From the NCBI GenBank assembly GCA_048013815.1, contig CM106585.1, positions 17,670,001-17,734,000 on the forward strand: DNA of 64,000 nucleotides. Direction: 5' to 3'. This DNA is from Setoptus koraiensis. Lineage: Eukaryota > Animalia > Arthropoda. Below, piece after piece: positions 53,096 through 61,975 of the stretch. Positions within the stretch are counted from its first letter, which is position 1; each line of letters starts with the position of its first letter. Both the position numbers and the translations under genes were made by a program. The notes under the pieces were generated by a model. The model saw only the letters and a program-made list of their open reading frames with translations, ran no database searches and was not told the DNA's origin.

Positions 53096-53491
53096 CAGGA
53101 TAAATTCTTGAAAAACTTTCTAGAGACAGCTAGCACTTATCACTTCTTAATAAACTGTCCAAACCTCTAAGATTGTTCACTGGAAAAATTAAGCGCTCTT
53201 ATACTGGTATAATCAGTATAACTTGTTCTATATTTTTTCTATTTTATTTTATTTTACTTTATTTGTTTAGTGAGTGGGTTACAAAGGCAGTTATCGATAC
53301 ATATATGTGATTTGGTAACAGTTGTATGCGTATTAGACATTTTTCCGTTTGAGCATGAGAATAGCAACGTGACAAATTGGCTGTGAATTACAATTACACC
53401 GTTTAATTGTATCTCTTTCTATTTCTAGATTTTGGGGGAAGGGACAATGTTTCTGGTGAAACAAAAGGGTTTACCCCCCACTGCTCGGGAA

Positions 53492-53795
53492 GGACAGTAT
53501 TGTCCACAAAACTTCTACTTAGTGATTTGAAAATCGCGCCCATCTTCAAGTATTTACGGCGGTCCTAAGGACAGTGCTGTCCCAGATCATTCCGGTGATA
53601 ATTTATCGGCTCCGTCCACTCTCACGAGGACAGTCTTGTCCCAACAGACGAAGTTGAGGTAGTTTGAGTGGGACGGTTCTGTCCAGAAACATTCTAGCTC
53701 TTTTTTGGCGAGGCATATTGATTAATGTAAATAATATAATTGATAGTAATTCTGCTTATATATAATATCTGATTCATGCCGGGATACGGTTGTCC
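53492..53795. promoter_or_regulatory. Cluster of GGAC-N6-GTCC palindromes separated by unique spacers
   Basis: Exact sites at 53492, 53569, 53628, 53672; one-mismatch site at 53782. Function inferred only. Confidence 0.6.
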
Positions 53796-54112
53796 AACTT
53801 AAACTATCTAACTTTTTTCTAGAATAACTTCTGATCCCCACGGTAGGGGGCGCTCAAACTTTTCTTTCGAAGAATATGAGTCAAAGGTAATCTGTTGGCG
53901 TATATATTCAGTGATAATGATAATAAAGAGACTTATTCTGGATGATATGATGGTGGTGCTGACGATGAAGCGAATGATCGAACTTTTTCATCTCGCTTGT
54001 TTAATGATTTGGGACATGCATGTCCCGTCCATGACGCCATGCATTGCAAAGCGCCATTGAGGTAAGATAATTCGTGGATTGTTCCCGCTCCTTTGTTACG
54101 CCCTCTCATGAA

Positions 54113-55412
54113 GTCACTCTAGGCATTGATCTGTGTCAATAGCATGCTTGACAAGTTAGTTTAGCATATTATACAAGCACTGGATGACATTCAAACATAA
54201 TCATCACTCTTGAAGTGATACAAATGATCAATTAAGCCGGTCATCTGTCAATGGCAAGTTAATCAGAAGCACCTATTGGTAAAATTTGACTATTGACCAG
54301 CTTAATTTGCCGCCAATACTCATAGACTGATGTTCATGATTGACATTGTTGACTTTATTGAACTGATTCAATTGAACCTTGTTGTGTATACAGTTCTAAA
54401 TAGTAATGTTGCACAAAATTTTGCGCCAGTTTTTCGCTCATGCTCGTGTGCAAACTTGTAGGACTATCATGTCCCAAAGCTAAATTAGCTCTCTTTTGCA
54501 TAGATTGGTGTCACTCTAGGCATTGATCTGTGTCAATAGCATGCTTGACAAGTTAGTTTAGCATATTATACAAGCACTGGATGACATTCAAACATAATTA
54601 TCACTCTTGAAGTGATACAAATGATCAATTAAGCCGGTCATCTGTCAATGGCAAGTTAATCAGAAGCACCTATTGGTGAAAAAATACAATTGACCAGCTT
54701 AATTTGCCGCCAATACTCATAGACTGATGTTCATGATTGACATTGTTGACTTTATTGAACTGATTCAATTGAACCTTGTTGTGTATACAGTTCTAAATAG
54801 TAATGTTGCACAAAATTTTGCGCCAGTTTTTCGCTCATGCTCGTGTGCAAACTTGATGGACTATCATGTCCCAAAGCTAAATAAGCTCTCTTTTGCATAG
54901 ATTGGTGTCACTCTAGGCATTGATCTGTGTCAATAGCATGCTTGACAAGTTAGTTTAGCATATTATACAAGCACTGGATGACATTCAAACATAATTATCA
55001 CTCTTGAAGTGATACAAATGATCAATTAAGCCGGTCATCTGTCAATGGCAAGTCAATCAGAAGCACCTATTGGTAAAATTTGACTATTGACCAGCTTAAT
55101 TTGCCGCCAATACTCATAGACTGATGTTCATGATTGACATTGTTGACTTTATTGAACTGATTCAATTGAACCTTGTTGTGTATACAGTTCTAAATAGTAA
55201 TGTTGCACAAAATTTTGCGCCAGTTTTTCGCTCATGCTCGTGTGCAAACTTGTAGGACTAACATGTCCCAAAGCTAAATTAGCTCTCTTTTGCATAGATT
55301 GGTGTCACTCTAGGCATTGATCTGTGTCAATAGCATGCTTGACAAGTTAGTTTAGCATATTATACAAGCACTGGATGACATTCAAACATAATTATCACTC
55401 TTGAAGTGATAC
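54113..55412 (+). repeat. 397-bp satellite, ~3.3 near-identical units
   Basis: GGAC-N6-GTCC anchors at 54461, 54858 and 55255. Confidence 0.97.
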
Positions 55413-56612
55413 TTTCCGATCCAACAAGGATCCGGTATCCAACAAACCACCAGGTATATCTTCCTTGATTTCATAGACTTCTTTGTCCTGGAATTTTTCC
55501 ACTATTTTCCTCACGGATCTTTCGAATTTCTTTTTTAATATACAAAATTTTTCAGCCTTTTCTTGACAATCAATAGGGCATAATTCGGTACACTCATTTC
55601 CACACTCGGTGATCCGAGCAATATATTTTTCGATATCATTTATGAACGATAGATTCCCTTCAAATGGCTCGAAGAATTGTGGGGCGCCGAGATTTGTTAT
55701 ATCGATCGGACATCTCAGAAGACTGTTGAGAGTATCAATTTGATTGGTATGGTTGGATCCTGAGTTACAATAAACAATCAGTGTCTGGTCATTTGCCTCT
55801 GAGGGAGGATCTACGTCCATATTCGTCCCTTCGTTTGGACAAGACTGTCCTGAAGAATTGACGTCTGAACAATGTGAGCTAGGATCTGTGGGACCAGTTT
55901 GTCCTACGCCATCCTGTGACGGATGATCTCTGTAATTAGATTTATCTTGAGATGTTCCTTGTGTATCCTCATTTTGCTGCAACGGATGATCGACGTCTGA
56001 ACAATGTGAGCTTTCATCTGTGGGACCAGTTTGTCCTGCGCCATCCTGTGACGGATGATCTATGTAATTAGATTTATCTCGAGATGTTCCTTGTGTATCC
56101 TCATTTTGCTGCAACGGATGATCGACGTCTGAACAATGTGAGCTTTCATCTGTGGGACCAGTTTGTCCTGCGCCATCCTGTGACGGATGATCTATGTAAT
56201 TAGATTTATCTCGAGATGTTCCTTGTGTATCCTCATTTTGCTGCAACGGATGATCGACGTCTGAACAATGTGAGCTAGGATCTGTGGGACCAGTTTGTTC
56301 TACGACATCCTTAGTGGTTAAACGCTTTAATTGATCGAGAAAAGTTGCCATCATCGCATGTGCTTCTTCTATGGGGCCTGTACAATCATCATCCGGTTTT
56401 GGTGGTTCATACGGACGTATACTTCTTTCAGAATAAGTTAGCTCCTTATGCCTCTCTGAAATAATCTTGTTTTTAGAGTCGAAATTAAACAATTTCACTG
56501 AATAAACTATACGACCGTTACGTGAAATTTTTCCGTTGATGATTCCCGGCCAATATCCTTTAGCTGATCGCACCATAACTGGCCTATCTTTTTCTAAATA
56601 ATCGAGGCTCAT
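55395..56612 (-). CDS. 405-aa protein: N-terminal PWWP-like domain, 44-aa acidic repeats, Cys-containing C-terminal region; native C-terminus replaced by satellite-derived sequence
   Basis: From MSLDY: PVMVRSAKGYWPGII...YSVKLFN...SIRPYE...IEEAHAM matches the PWWP layout (VWaK..gypwWPa.I, y.V.FFg, l.pf, helix). The stop codon lies inside the satellite. Confidence 0.6.
   Translation of the reverse strand: MSLDYLEKDRPVMVRSAKGYWPGIINGKISRNGRIVYSVKLFNFDSKNKIISERHKELTYSERSIRPYEPPKPDDDCTGPIEEAHAMMATFLDQLKRLTTKDVVEQTGPTDPSSHCSDVDHPLQQNEDTQGTSRDKSNYIDHPSQDGAGQTGPTDESSHCSDVDHPLQQNEDTQGTSRDKSNYIDHPSQDGAGQTGPTDESSHCSDVDHPLQQNEDTQGTSQDKSNYRDHPSQDGVGQTGPTDPSSHCSDVNSSGQSCPNEGTNMDVDPPSEANDQTLIVYCNSGSNHTNQIDTLNSLLRCPIDITNLGAPQFFEPFEGNLSFINDIEKYIARITECGNECTELCPIDCQEKAEKFCILKKKFERSVRKIVEKFQDKEVYEIKEDIPGGLLDTGSLLDRKVSLQE
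55861..56300 (-). repeat. 132-bp (44-aa) coding tandem repeat, ~3.3 units
   Basis: GQTGPTD(E/P)SSHCSDVDHPLQQNEDTQGTS(R/Q)DKSNY(I/R)DHPSQDG(A/V); each unit carries a GGAC-N6-GTCC site (55891, 56023, 56155; 56287 has one mismatch). Confidence 0.95.
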
Positions 56613-56761
56613 TTTAAAAAATGAATAAATAAATAAATTTATGTTGATAATAAGAAACAATAGCGATAGTGTTACAAGCATACAGCATGCAGCATCTAAT
56701 CAGTTGAGATTGCTGTGTAATTCGCGCCCTTTATTTGAAAAAAAAGAAGGACCTTATGGTT

Positions 56762-56864
56762 CTTGCGACGGTTAACCTTTTGAGAGTCAATCGTTGCTGG
56801 GACTCGGTGGTCCTTGCGACGGTTAACCTTTTGAGAGTCAATCGTTGCTGGGACTAATTGGTCC
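56762..56864. repeat. 51-bp tandem duplication between divergent ORFs; each unit is a hairpin plus a GGAC-N6-GTCC site
   Basis: GCGACGGTTAACCTTTTGAGAGTCAATCGTTGC twice; sites at 56800 and 56851. Confidence 0.9.
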
Positions 56865-56970
56865 TACATACAATAGCAGACGAAAAATACACATTCCGTC
56901 ATTTGCGTGAGTGCGTAACTGCGTTATCTCTTATTATTCTTTTTTCTTTACATCTTTTACGAATAGCACA

Positions 56971-58064
56971 ATGGCAAACAAAGAGAACAAAGAAAACAAA
57001 CAAAAAAAACCCAGAACCTACATTAGAAATCCGTATGTTTCTGATGTAAAATTCTCTGTTCCAGTTCCAAATAAAAATATAACCCATTTAATCATTTTTG
57101 GTATCATCCTGCGATCAATTGGTACAAACAAGTAAGCCAAGAGTTGTGTGAAGACTACAATTGTCACATCTATCTAAATAGTGAAAATGGTCTCGGATCT
57201 GATATCATAGCCTGTATTTTTTTGTACGGTCAGTATGATTGCTGTCGGAAGAAGTCACAACAACAACCCAAATTTATTGGAAGAACAATACTTCAAGCCT
57301 TTTATTTGATGAGTGGCTCAGCAAATACTCATTGTTTTGGGGTCAATCAAAGAGAATACCTCAAATACAAAATACCACCAAGTTCCGATCAAACATTATC
57401 AGACATCCCATGGGAAGTCATTAGGACTCATTCCGATAACGAACGACCCGACAAAAACCATCATGAGAATAAGTTTTGTTTCGGGTCCGCCGACTATAAC
57501 TACTTCGATTTGAACGAAGATTTGAACGACTCAGAGACTAGCGCAATGGATAGTGAATTTGACATCTCAATCTATAAAAATCCTTGGATCGGTGATGGGG
57601 AGCCGCCGGATATTGTGGCTTTCCACCAATATAAAATAACTCATAAAGAATTACATCTTTTATCATCAAATGAATGTCTCAATGATATGATCATTGATTC
57701 CTATTTCCACCTCATTCAACAGACTAGGATGCAGGACAACAAAAGCGTGGATATACTTGTATCACCGACTACGTTCTGGCGAAAATTAGATCGACTCAAA
57801 TCCGACGAGGAAATTCAAGAGCTCACAAAGACAAATTATATTGGGGACGAATCCTTTCAGCTCTACCACCGTGTGTTCATCCCGATCATATTATCCGACA
57901 TGAAGCATTGGATTTTGGCTGTCGTGGATACGGAGAATCGTATTGTCACATTGTATGATAGCTCGAAAAGTGGCAGAAAGGACATTCTATCCAAGATCCA
58001 AACATATATAACAATGGATGCCAAACAACGACGAATTCTTTCACATCAGTGGCAATTGATGTGA
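56971..58064 (+). pseudogene. Ulp1/SENP (peptidase C48) SUMO-protease-like gene; frameshifted near 57075 and truncated before the catalytic Cys
   Basis: ITHKELHLLSSNECLNDMIIDSYFHLI, SPTTFW, VFIPII...KHWILAVVD...IVTLYDS (His at 57906, Asp at 57957), ending ...QWQLM* at the inversion junction with no QxNxxDCG. The ATG 56971 frame needs one extra A in the A5 run at 57073-57077 to join the 57075+ frame. Confidence 0.8.
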
Positions 58065-58411
58065 CAATACGATTCTCCGTATCCACGACAGCCAAAATCC
58101 AATGCTTCATGTCGGATAATATGATCGGGATGAACACACGGTGGTAGAGCTGAAAGGATTCGTCCCCAATATAATTTGTCTTTGTGAGCTCTTGAATTTC
58201 CTCGTCGGATTTGAGTCGATCTAATTTTCGCCAGAACGTAGTCGGTGATACAAGTATATCCACGCTTTTGTTGTCCTGCATCCTAGTCTGTTGAATGAGG
58301 TGGAAATAGGAATCAATGATCATATCATTGAGACATTCATTTGATGATAAAAGATGTAATTCTTTATGAGTTATTTTATATTGGTGGAAAGCCACAATAT
58401 CCGGCGGCTCC
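58059..58411 (-). repeat. Inverted copy of 57599-57951 (Ulp1 core)
   Basis: 353-bp reverse-complement match, no differences noticed; 107-bp spacer at 57952-58058. Confidence 0.95.
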
Positions 58412-59186
58412 AGGACAAACTGGTCCCACAGATGAAAGCTCACATTGTTCAGACGTCGATCATCCGTTGCAGCAAAATGAGGATACACAAGGAACATCTC
58501 GAGATAAATCTAATTACATAGATCATCCGTCACAGGATGGCGCAGGACAAACTGGTCCCACAGATGAAAGCTCACATTGTTCAGACGTCGATCATCCGTT
58601 GCAGCAAAATGAGGATACACAAGGAACATCTCAAGATAAATCTAATTACAGAGATCATCCGTCACAGGATGGCGTAGGACAAACTGGTCCCACAGATCCT
58701 AGCTCACATTGTTCAGACGTCAATTCTTCAGGACAGTCTTGTCCAAACGAAGGGACGAATATGGACGTAGATCCTCCCTCAGAGGCAAATGACCAGACAC
58801 TGATTGTTTATTGTAACTCAGGATCCAACCATACCAATCAAATTGATACTCTCAACAGTCTTCTGAGATGTCCGATCGATATAACAAATCTCGGCGCCCC
58901 ACAATTCTTCGAGCCATTTGAAGGGAATCTATCGTTCATAAATGATATCGAAAAATATATTGCTCGGATCACCGAGTGTGGAAATGAGTGTACCGAATTA
59001 TGCCCTATTGATTGTCAAGAAAAGGCTGAAAAATTTTGTATATTAAAAAAGAAATTCGAAAGATCCGTGAGGAAAATAGTGGAAAAATTCCAGGACAAAG
59101 AAGTCTATGAAATCAAGGAAGATATACCTGGTGGTTTGTTGGATACTTTTGACAAATTCAGAACATGTTGGGAACTGAGAAGATAA
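58411..59186 (+). pseudogene. Inverted, 5'-truncated copy of the PWWP-like gene (58411-59146 = reverse complement of 55435-56170) that keeps the probable native C-terminus ...LLDTFDKFRTCWELRR*
   Basis: Identical translated repeats and C-terminal region; PWWP part missing. Confidence 0.9.
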
Positions 59187-59227
59187 ATAAAAATTGAGTA
59201 TCATCCTTCCGCATTTAATCGTTGCAG

Positions 59228-59368
59228 GGACCAAGTGGTCCTGAGAATTCTACCAAGACAAGTCGAGAAAAACTAGGTAGTTATTTGTCCTAGACATCTT
59301 AGGACAGACTAGTCCTCAGTTATCTGTTGAGACTATCTAGTCCTCCAGAATCTGAGACGGATTAGTCC
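59228..59368. promoter_or_regulatory. Second cluster of GGAC-N6-GTCC palindromes
   Basis: Exact sites at 59228 and 59302; AGAC-N6-GTCC variants at 59330 and 59355. Confidence 0.55.
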
Positions 59369-59384
59369 TCAATTTAGCTAAGAG

Positions 59385-59638
59385 ATGCCTAGAGAAACAC
59401 CAGATGTTCATATTTTTGATAACATGATCCAAATTATCCGGAGTAGCCTGATTCATAAAAAATGATGGGAGTGCATATACTTTTTTTTTGCGCGTTTGGT
59501 TATCATGAATAGATAAAAATTAATTATCTCGTCGTTTAGCCATCCTGCGGGTTTGAGTCTTCTGATGTCTCTCACTGTGACTTGATAGTTTAGAACTTTT
59601 CGATGAGGACCGGCTGGGACTTCTTTGTCCCTGATCAA
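59385..59638 (-). pseudogene. Fragment of a SENP1-like Ulp1 domain (N-terminal part), frameshifted in an A9 run and truncated
   Basis: YQVTVRDIRRLKPAGWLNDEIINFYLFMI closely matches the SENP motif ITRKDIQTL..LNWLNDEIINFY. After a -1 shift at 59481-59489 it continues KVYALPSFFM...VIKNMNIW, then no catalytic residues. Confidence 0.75.
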
Positions 59639-59731
59639 ATTCCTTGAATATCGGTTTCAGATGATAAAAGGAGAATGATTCTTCAGATATTTTATCGCCA
59701 TATATAATTGGTGCAGCGTAGGGTGCTGTTG

Positions 59732-60463
59732 TTAGGCCATTAAAAATGCGTCTAAACAAGAATGAGTACAGGTTTCTTCTGCATTCTTTGAGCCTTTCAT
59801 GATATGACAAAATGTCAAAGAGTTCAACATTGGAACTCCATACATCTCCTCAAGCCACAAAGCTATGATTGATGCTTCTTCAGTTGTTATAGTCATGTCG
59901 CTATGACATGAGTAAACGGTTGCAATAGTTATGTTTGTGGACTGAACTAGAATCAATATAAAATGTCCTCTCATTTCGATCGGATGTATGTTTCCTGACC
60001 CGAGGAGTGGAAAAAATTTTCCGCTTTCCGTTGTTTCCGCTCCAATCTTCAGCGATCGAGAGAGTTTCGGGAAATATGATGCATCTCCCTCATTTTTGCC
60101 GAATTTTTCATTCAACTTTTCCCTCAGTGCTCCTATAAATCCATAGAAGTCTTGATCGGCAAGGCAACTTTTTGGGTAATTAGGCTCAAAAAAGCCCTTC
60201 TTCTTAAATTGTTCTTGCTGAACGAACACATGCGGTTCATTATGAGCCGCGTATGTGCCCTTTCCTCTTATGAGAGATTCTTCGTCGGTTTTTTTCTCGT
60301 TTATAATGATTGTCTCATCATTGGCATTTAATGTTAAATAATTAATGAACATAAAATAGAGGCGAAAAAATTTAAAATGATCCCCCATATAGGGGTTGAT
60401 ATCGTATTTTTCTTCTGCCATGGTATTATTTCTCAGTCGATATCGACTCTCTATGACAGTCAA
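59732..60463 (-). CDS. 243-aa ORF with a highly divergent C48/Ulp1-like (possibly inactive) protease fold
   Basis: IHPIEMRGHFILILVQSTNITIATVYSC resembles Ulp1 PI....HW.L.vvd......I..yDS. The catalytic Asp is not evident and the Cys segment is ambiguous between two frames. Same frame as 59453-59638. Confidence 0.45.
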   Translation of the reverse strand: MTVIESRYRLRNNTMAEEKYDINPYMGDHFKFFRLYFMFINYLTLNANDETIIINEKKTDEESLIRGKGTYAAHNEPHVFVQQEQFKKKGFFEPNYPKSCLADQDFYGFIGALREKLNEKFGKNEGDASYFPKLSRSLKIGAETTESGKFFPLLGSGNIHPIEMRGHFILILVQSTNITIATVYSCHSDMTITTEEASIIALWLEEMYGVPMLNSLTFCHIMKGSKNAEETCTHSCLDAFLMA

Positions 60464-60562
60464 TCGTAATATAACAGCTCAAAACTACTTTCCGCAATCA
60501 ATTTCTGAGGATCTAGATCAAGAGAGCTCGTGAACAGTATCTCTCTCTCCTTATCTCTCTTT

Positions 60563-60590
60563 ACTCGCTAGTTCAGGTGAACTAGCGAGT
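60563..60590. promoter_or_regulatory. Perfect 12-bp hairpin in the divergent intergenic region
   Basis: ACTCGCTAGTTC-AGGT-GAACTAGCGAGT; a GGAC-N6-GTCC site follows at 60671. Confidence 0.55.
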
Positions 60591-60904
60591 CAGCCGACGT
60601 TGTTCAGATCAGATGAACTGACACATAATGAGTGCCGTGCGCGAGGGGACTCTCTAGTTTTTTTTGATCAGGACACAGTAGTCCGCTAATGTGAAATTAT
60701 CTTGTTTTTTTTATTACATTATACGAGTATGGTCCTGTGTTGACGTTAGATATAGTTGTTCTTTATACATGTCGGTTGATCCGATCCTGAGTCGTACATC
60801 AATTAAGTACAATTAAGTTTCGCATTAGTCATCTTAGGCAATAACGAGAGTTAGAAAAAACACTACATTGTTACATTCACTATACCCAATCATATACAAA
60901 AGGA

Positions 60905-61732
60905 ATGGCGAGAACTAAAGACACCAGAGATAAAAATCTACGCAAGAGTGTAGGGAGTACGAGAATAGCCGACCGCACTTTGGGGGCTGCAAAATCAACT
61001 CCAGATGCGCCTCCCGCGGCCGCAAGAAGTACATCTAATACATCCATCATGCATGTTCAAGCCCAAGAGTCTGACCCCAAGACTCCAGGAAGTTCAAAAT
61101 CGAAAACTTCACAAGCTGTTACCGCAGGCACGGATGATCCGTCGAAGAGATCACGATCGCAACAGACCGTGCCTTATATTTTACAAATTGGAACTATATT
61201 TCTAGACACTTTGATGTCCCAGATGAACAAAATTCACCAGTATCATTGTGCTGAACAATTGGCGGGATGCAAGAGACAAGTTCTGTTCGGTAGTACAGAA
61301 GGCTGGTTTACGAAACCATCCCAAGAGCTTTGCCGACAATTCAGTTGTCATGTCTTCTTGGTATCAGAGTCCACACTAGCTGATGACATAGTCTTGGTTG
61401 CCCTATTTTATGGTAGCAAAACTATTGGTCGTTTTAACGATGTGAAATTGATTAAGGATCTGGACCATGTTATTTCACAAAAGTTCGTAATTTTCACACG
61501 GTCTACGTCAGTGAGGAAATTAGGCGACAAATTCATGCGAGAGATAGCAAATAAGATTCCATTTGGCTCACAACAGAACCCCGAAAGTCTATATGGTAGA
61601 TTCGTCCGGCCTATGATATATGCATCCAAGACATCAAATCAGCCCACTAGGAATAAAACAATGGCAGAAATGTTCGCACGTATCGAGACCAAGACTGAGA
61701 AGAGTCAAAGAAAAAAGTCCGTCCAAGAATGA
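60905..61732 (+). CDS. 275-aa protein with a histone H3-like N-terminal tail but no histone fold, plus an unassigned ~90-aa domain shared with the 57-kb Ulp1 protein
   Basis: MARTKDTRDKNLRKS...GAAKSTP: R2, T3, K4, T6 and K9 in register with H3; intact ATG-to-TGA ORF. Confidence 0.75.
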   Translation: MARTKDTRDKNLRKSVGSTRIADRTLGAAKSTPDAPPAAARSTSNTSIMHVQAQESDPKTPGSSKSKTSQAVTAGTDDPSKRSRSQQTVPYILQIGTIFLDTLMSQMNKIHQYHCAEQLAGCKRQVLFGSTEGWFTKPSQELCRQFSCHVFLVSESTLADDIVLVALFYGSKTIGRFNDVKLIKDLDHVISQKFVIFTRSTSVRKLGDKFMREIANKIPFGSQQNPESLYGRFVRPMIYASKTSNQPTRNKTMAEMFARIETKTEKSQRKKSVQE

Positions 61733-61975
61733 CAGGGATGAAGCGGAACGCGCAGAGGACAAGTAGGTCCCTGATCAATAATGCTCAAATTCCATACAAT
61801 ATGTTACAATTCTAATAAATATTCAATGAGAATTTATTGATAGATGAAACTGATAATCTTCTTCACTCTCTACTGGTGATTCATGAAACGATCGCTATTC
61901 GCCATCTATGATTCTAGCATCAGTAACAATTCTTTGAGCACCAAGATAACAGTGTGCCCATAGGATTGCTATTCA

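Noticed and set aside
53492-53795. CRISPR array
   Set aside because: Repeat is only 14 bp with a variable core, spacing is irregular, there are no cas genes and the context is eukaryotic.
57033-57064. 32-nt GTATGT...CAG mini-intron explaining the Ulp1 frameshift
   Set aside because: Very short, and splicing it out leads directly into the TAA at 57072.
58341-58410. N-terminus MMIKDVILYELFYIGGKPQYPAAP of the 281-aa ORF as a real gene start
   Set aside because: It is the antisense reading of the inverted Ulp1 arm fused at the 58411 junction.
57946-58497. 183-aa minus-strand ORF as an independent Ulp1 gene
   Set aside because: It is the inverted duplicate of 57599-57951 with unrelated flanks and no catalytic Asp/Cys.
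60905-61732. Histone H3 or CENP-A gene
   Set aside because: Only the tail resembles H3; no histone-fold domain follows.
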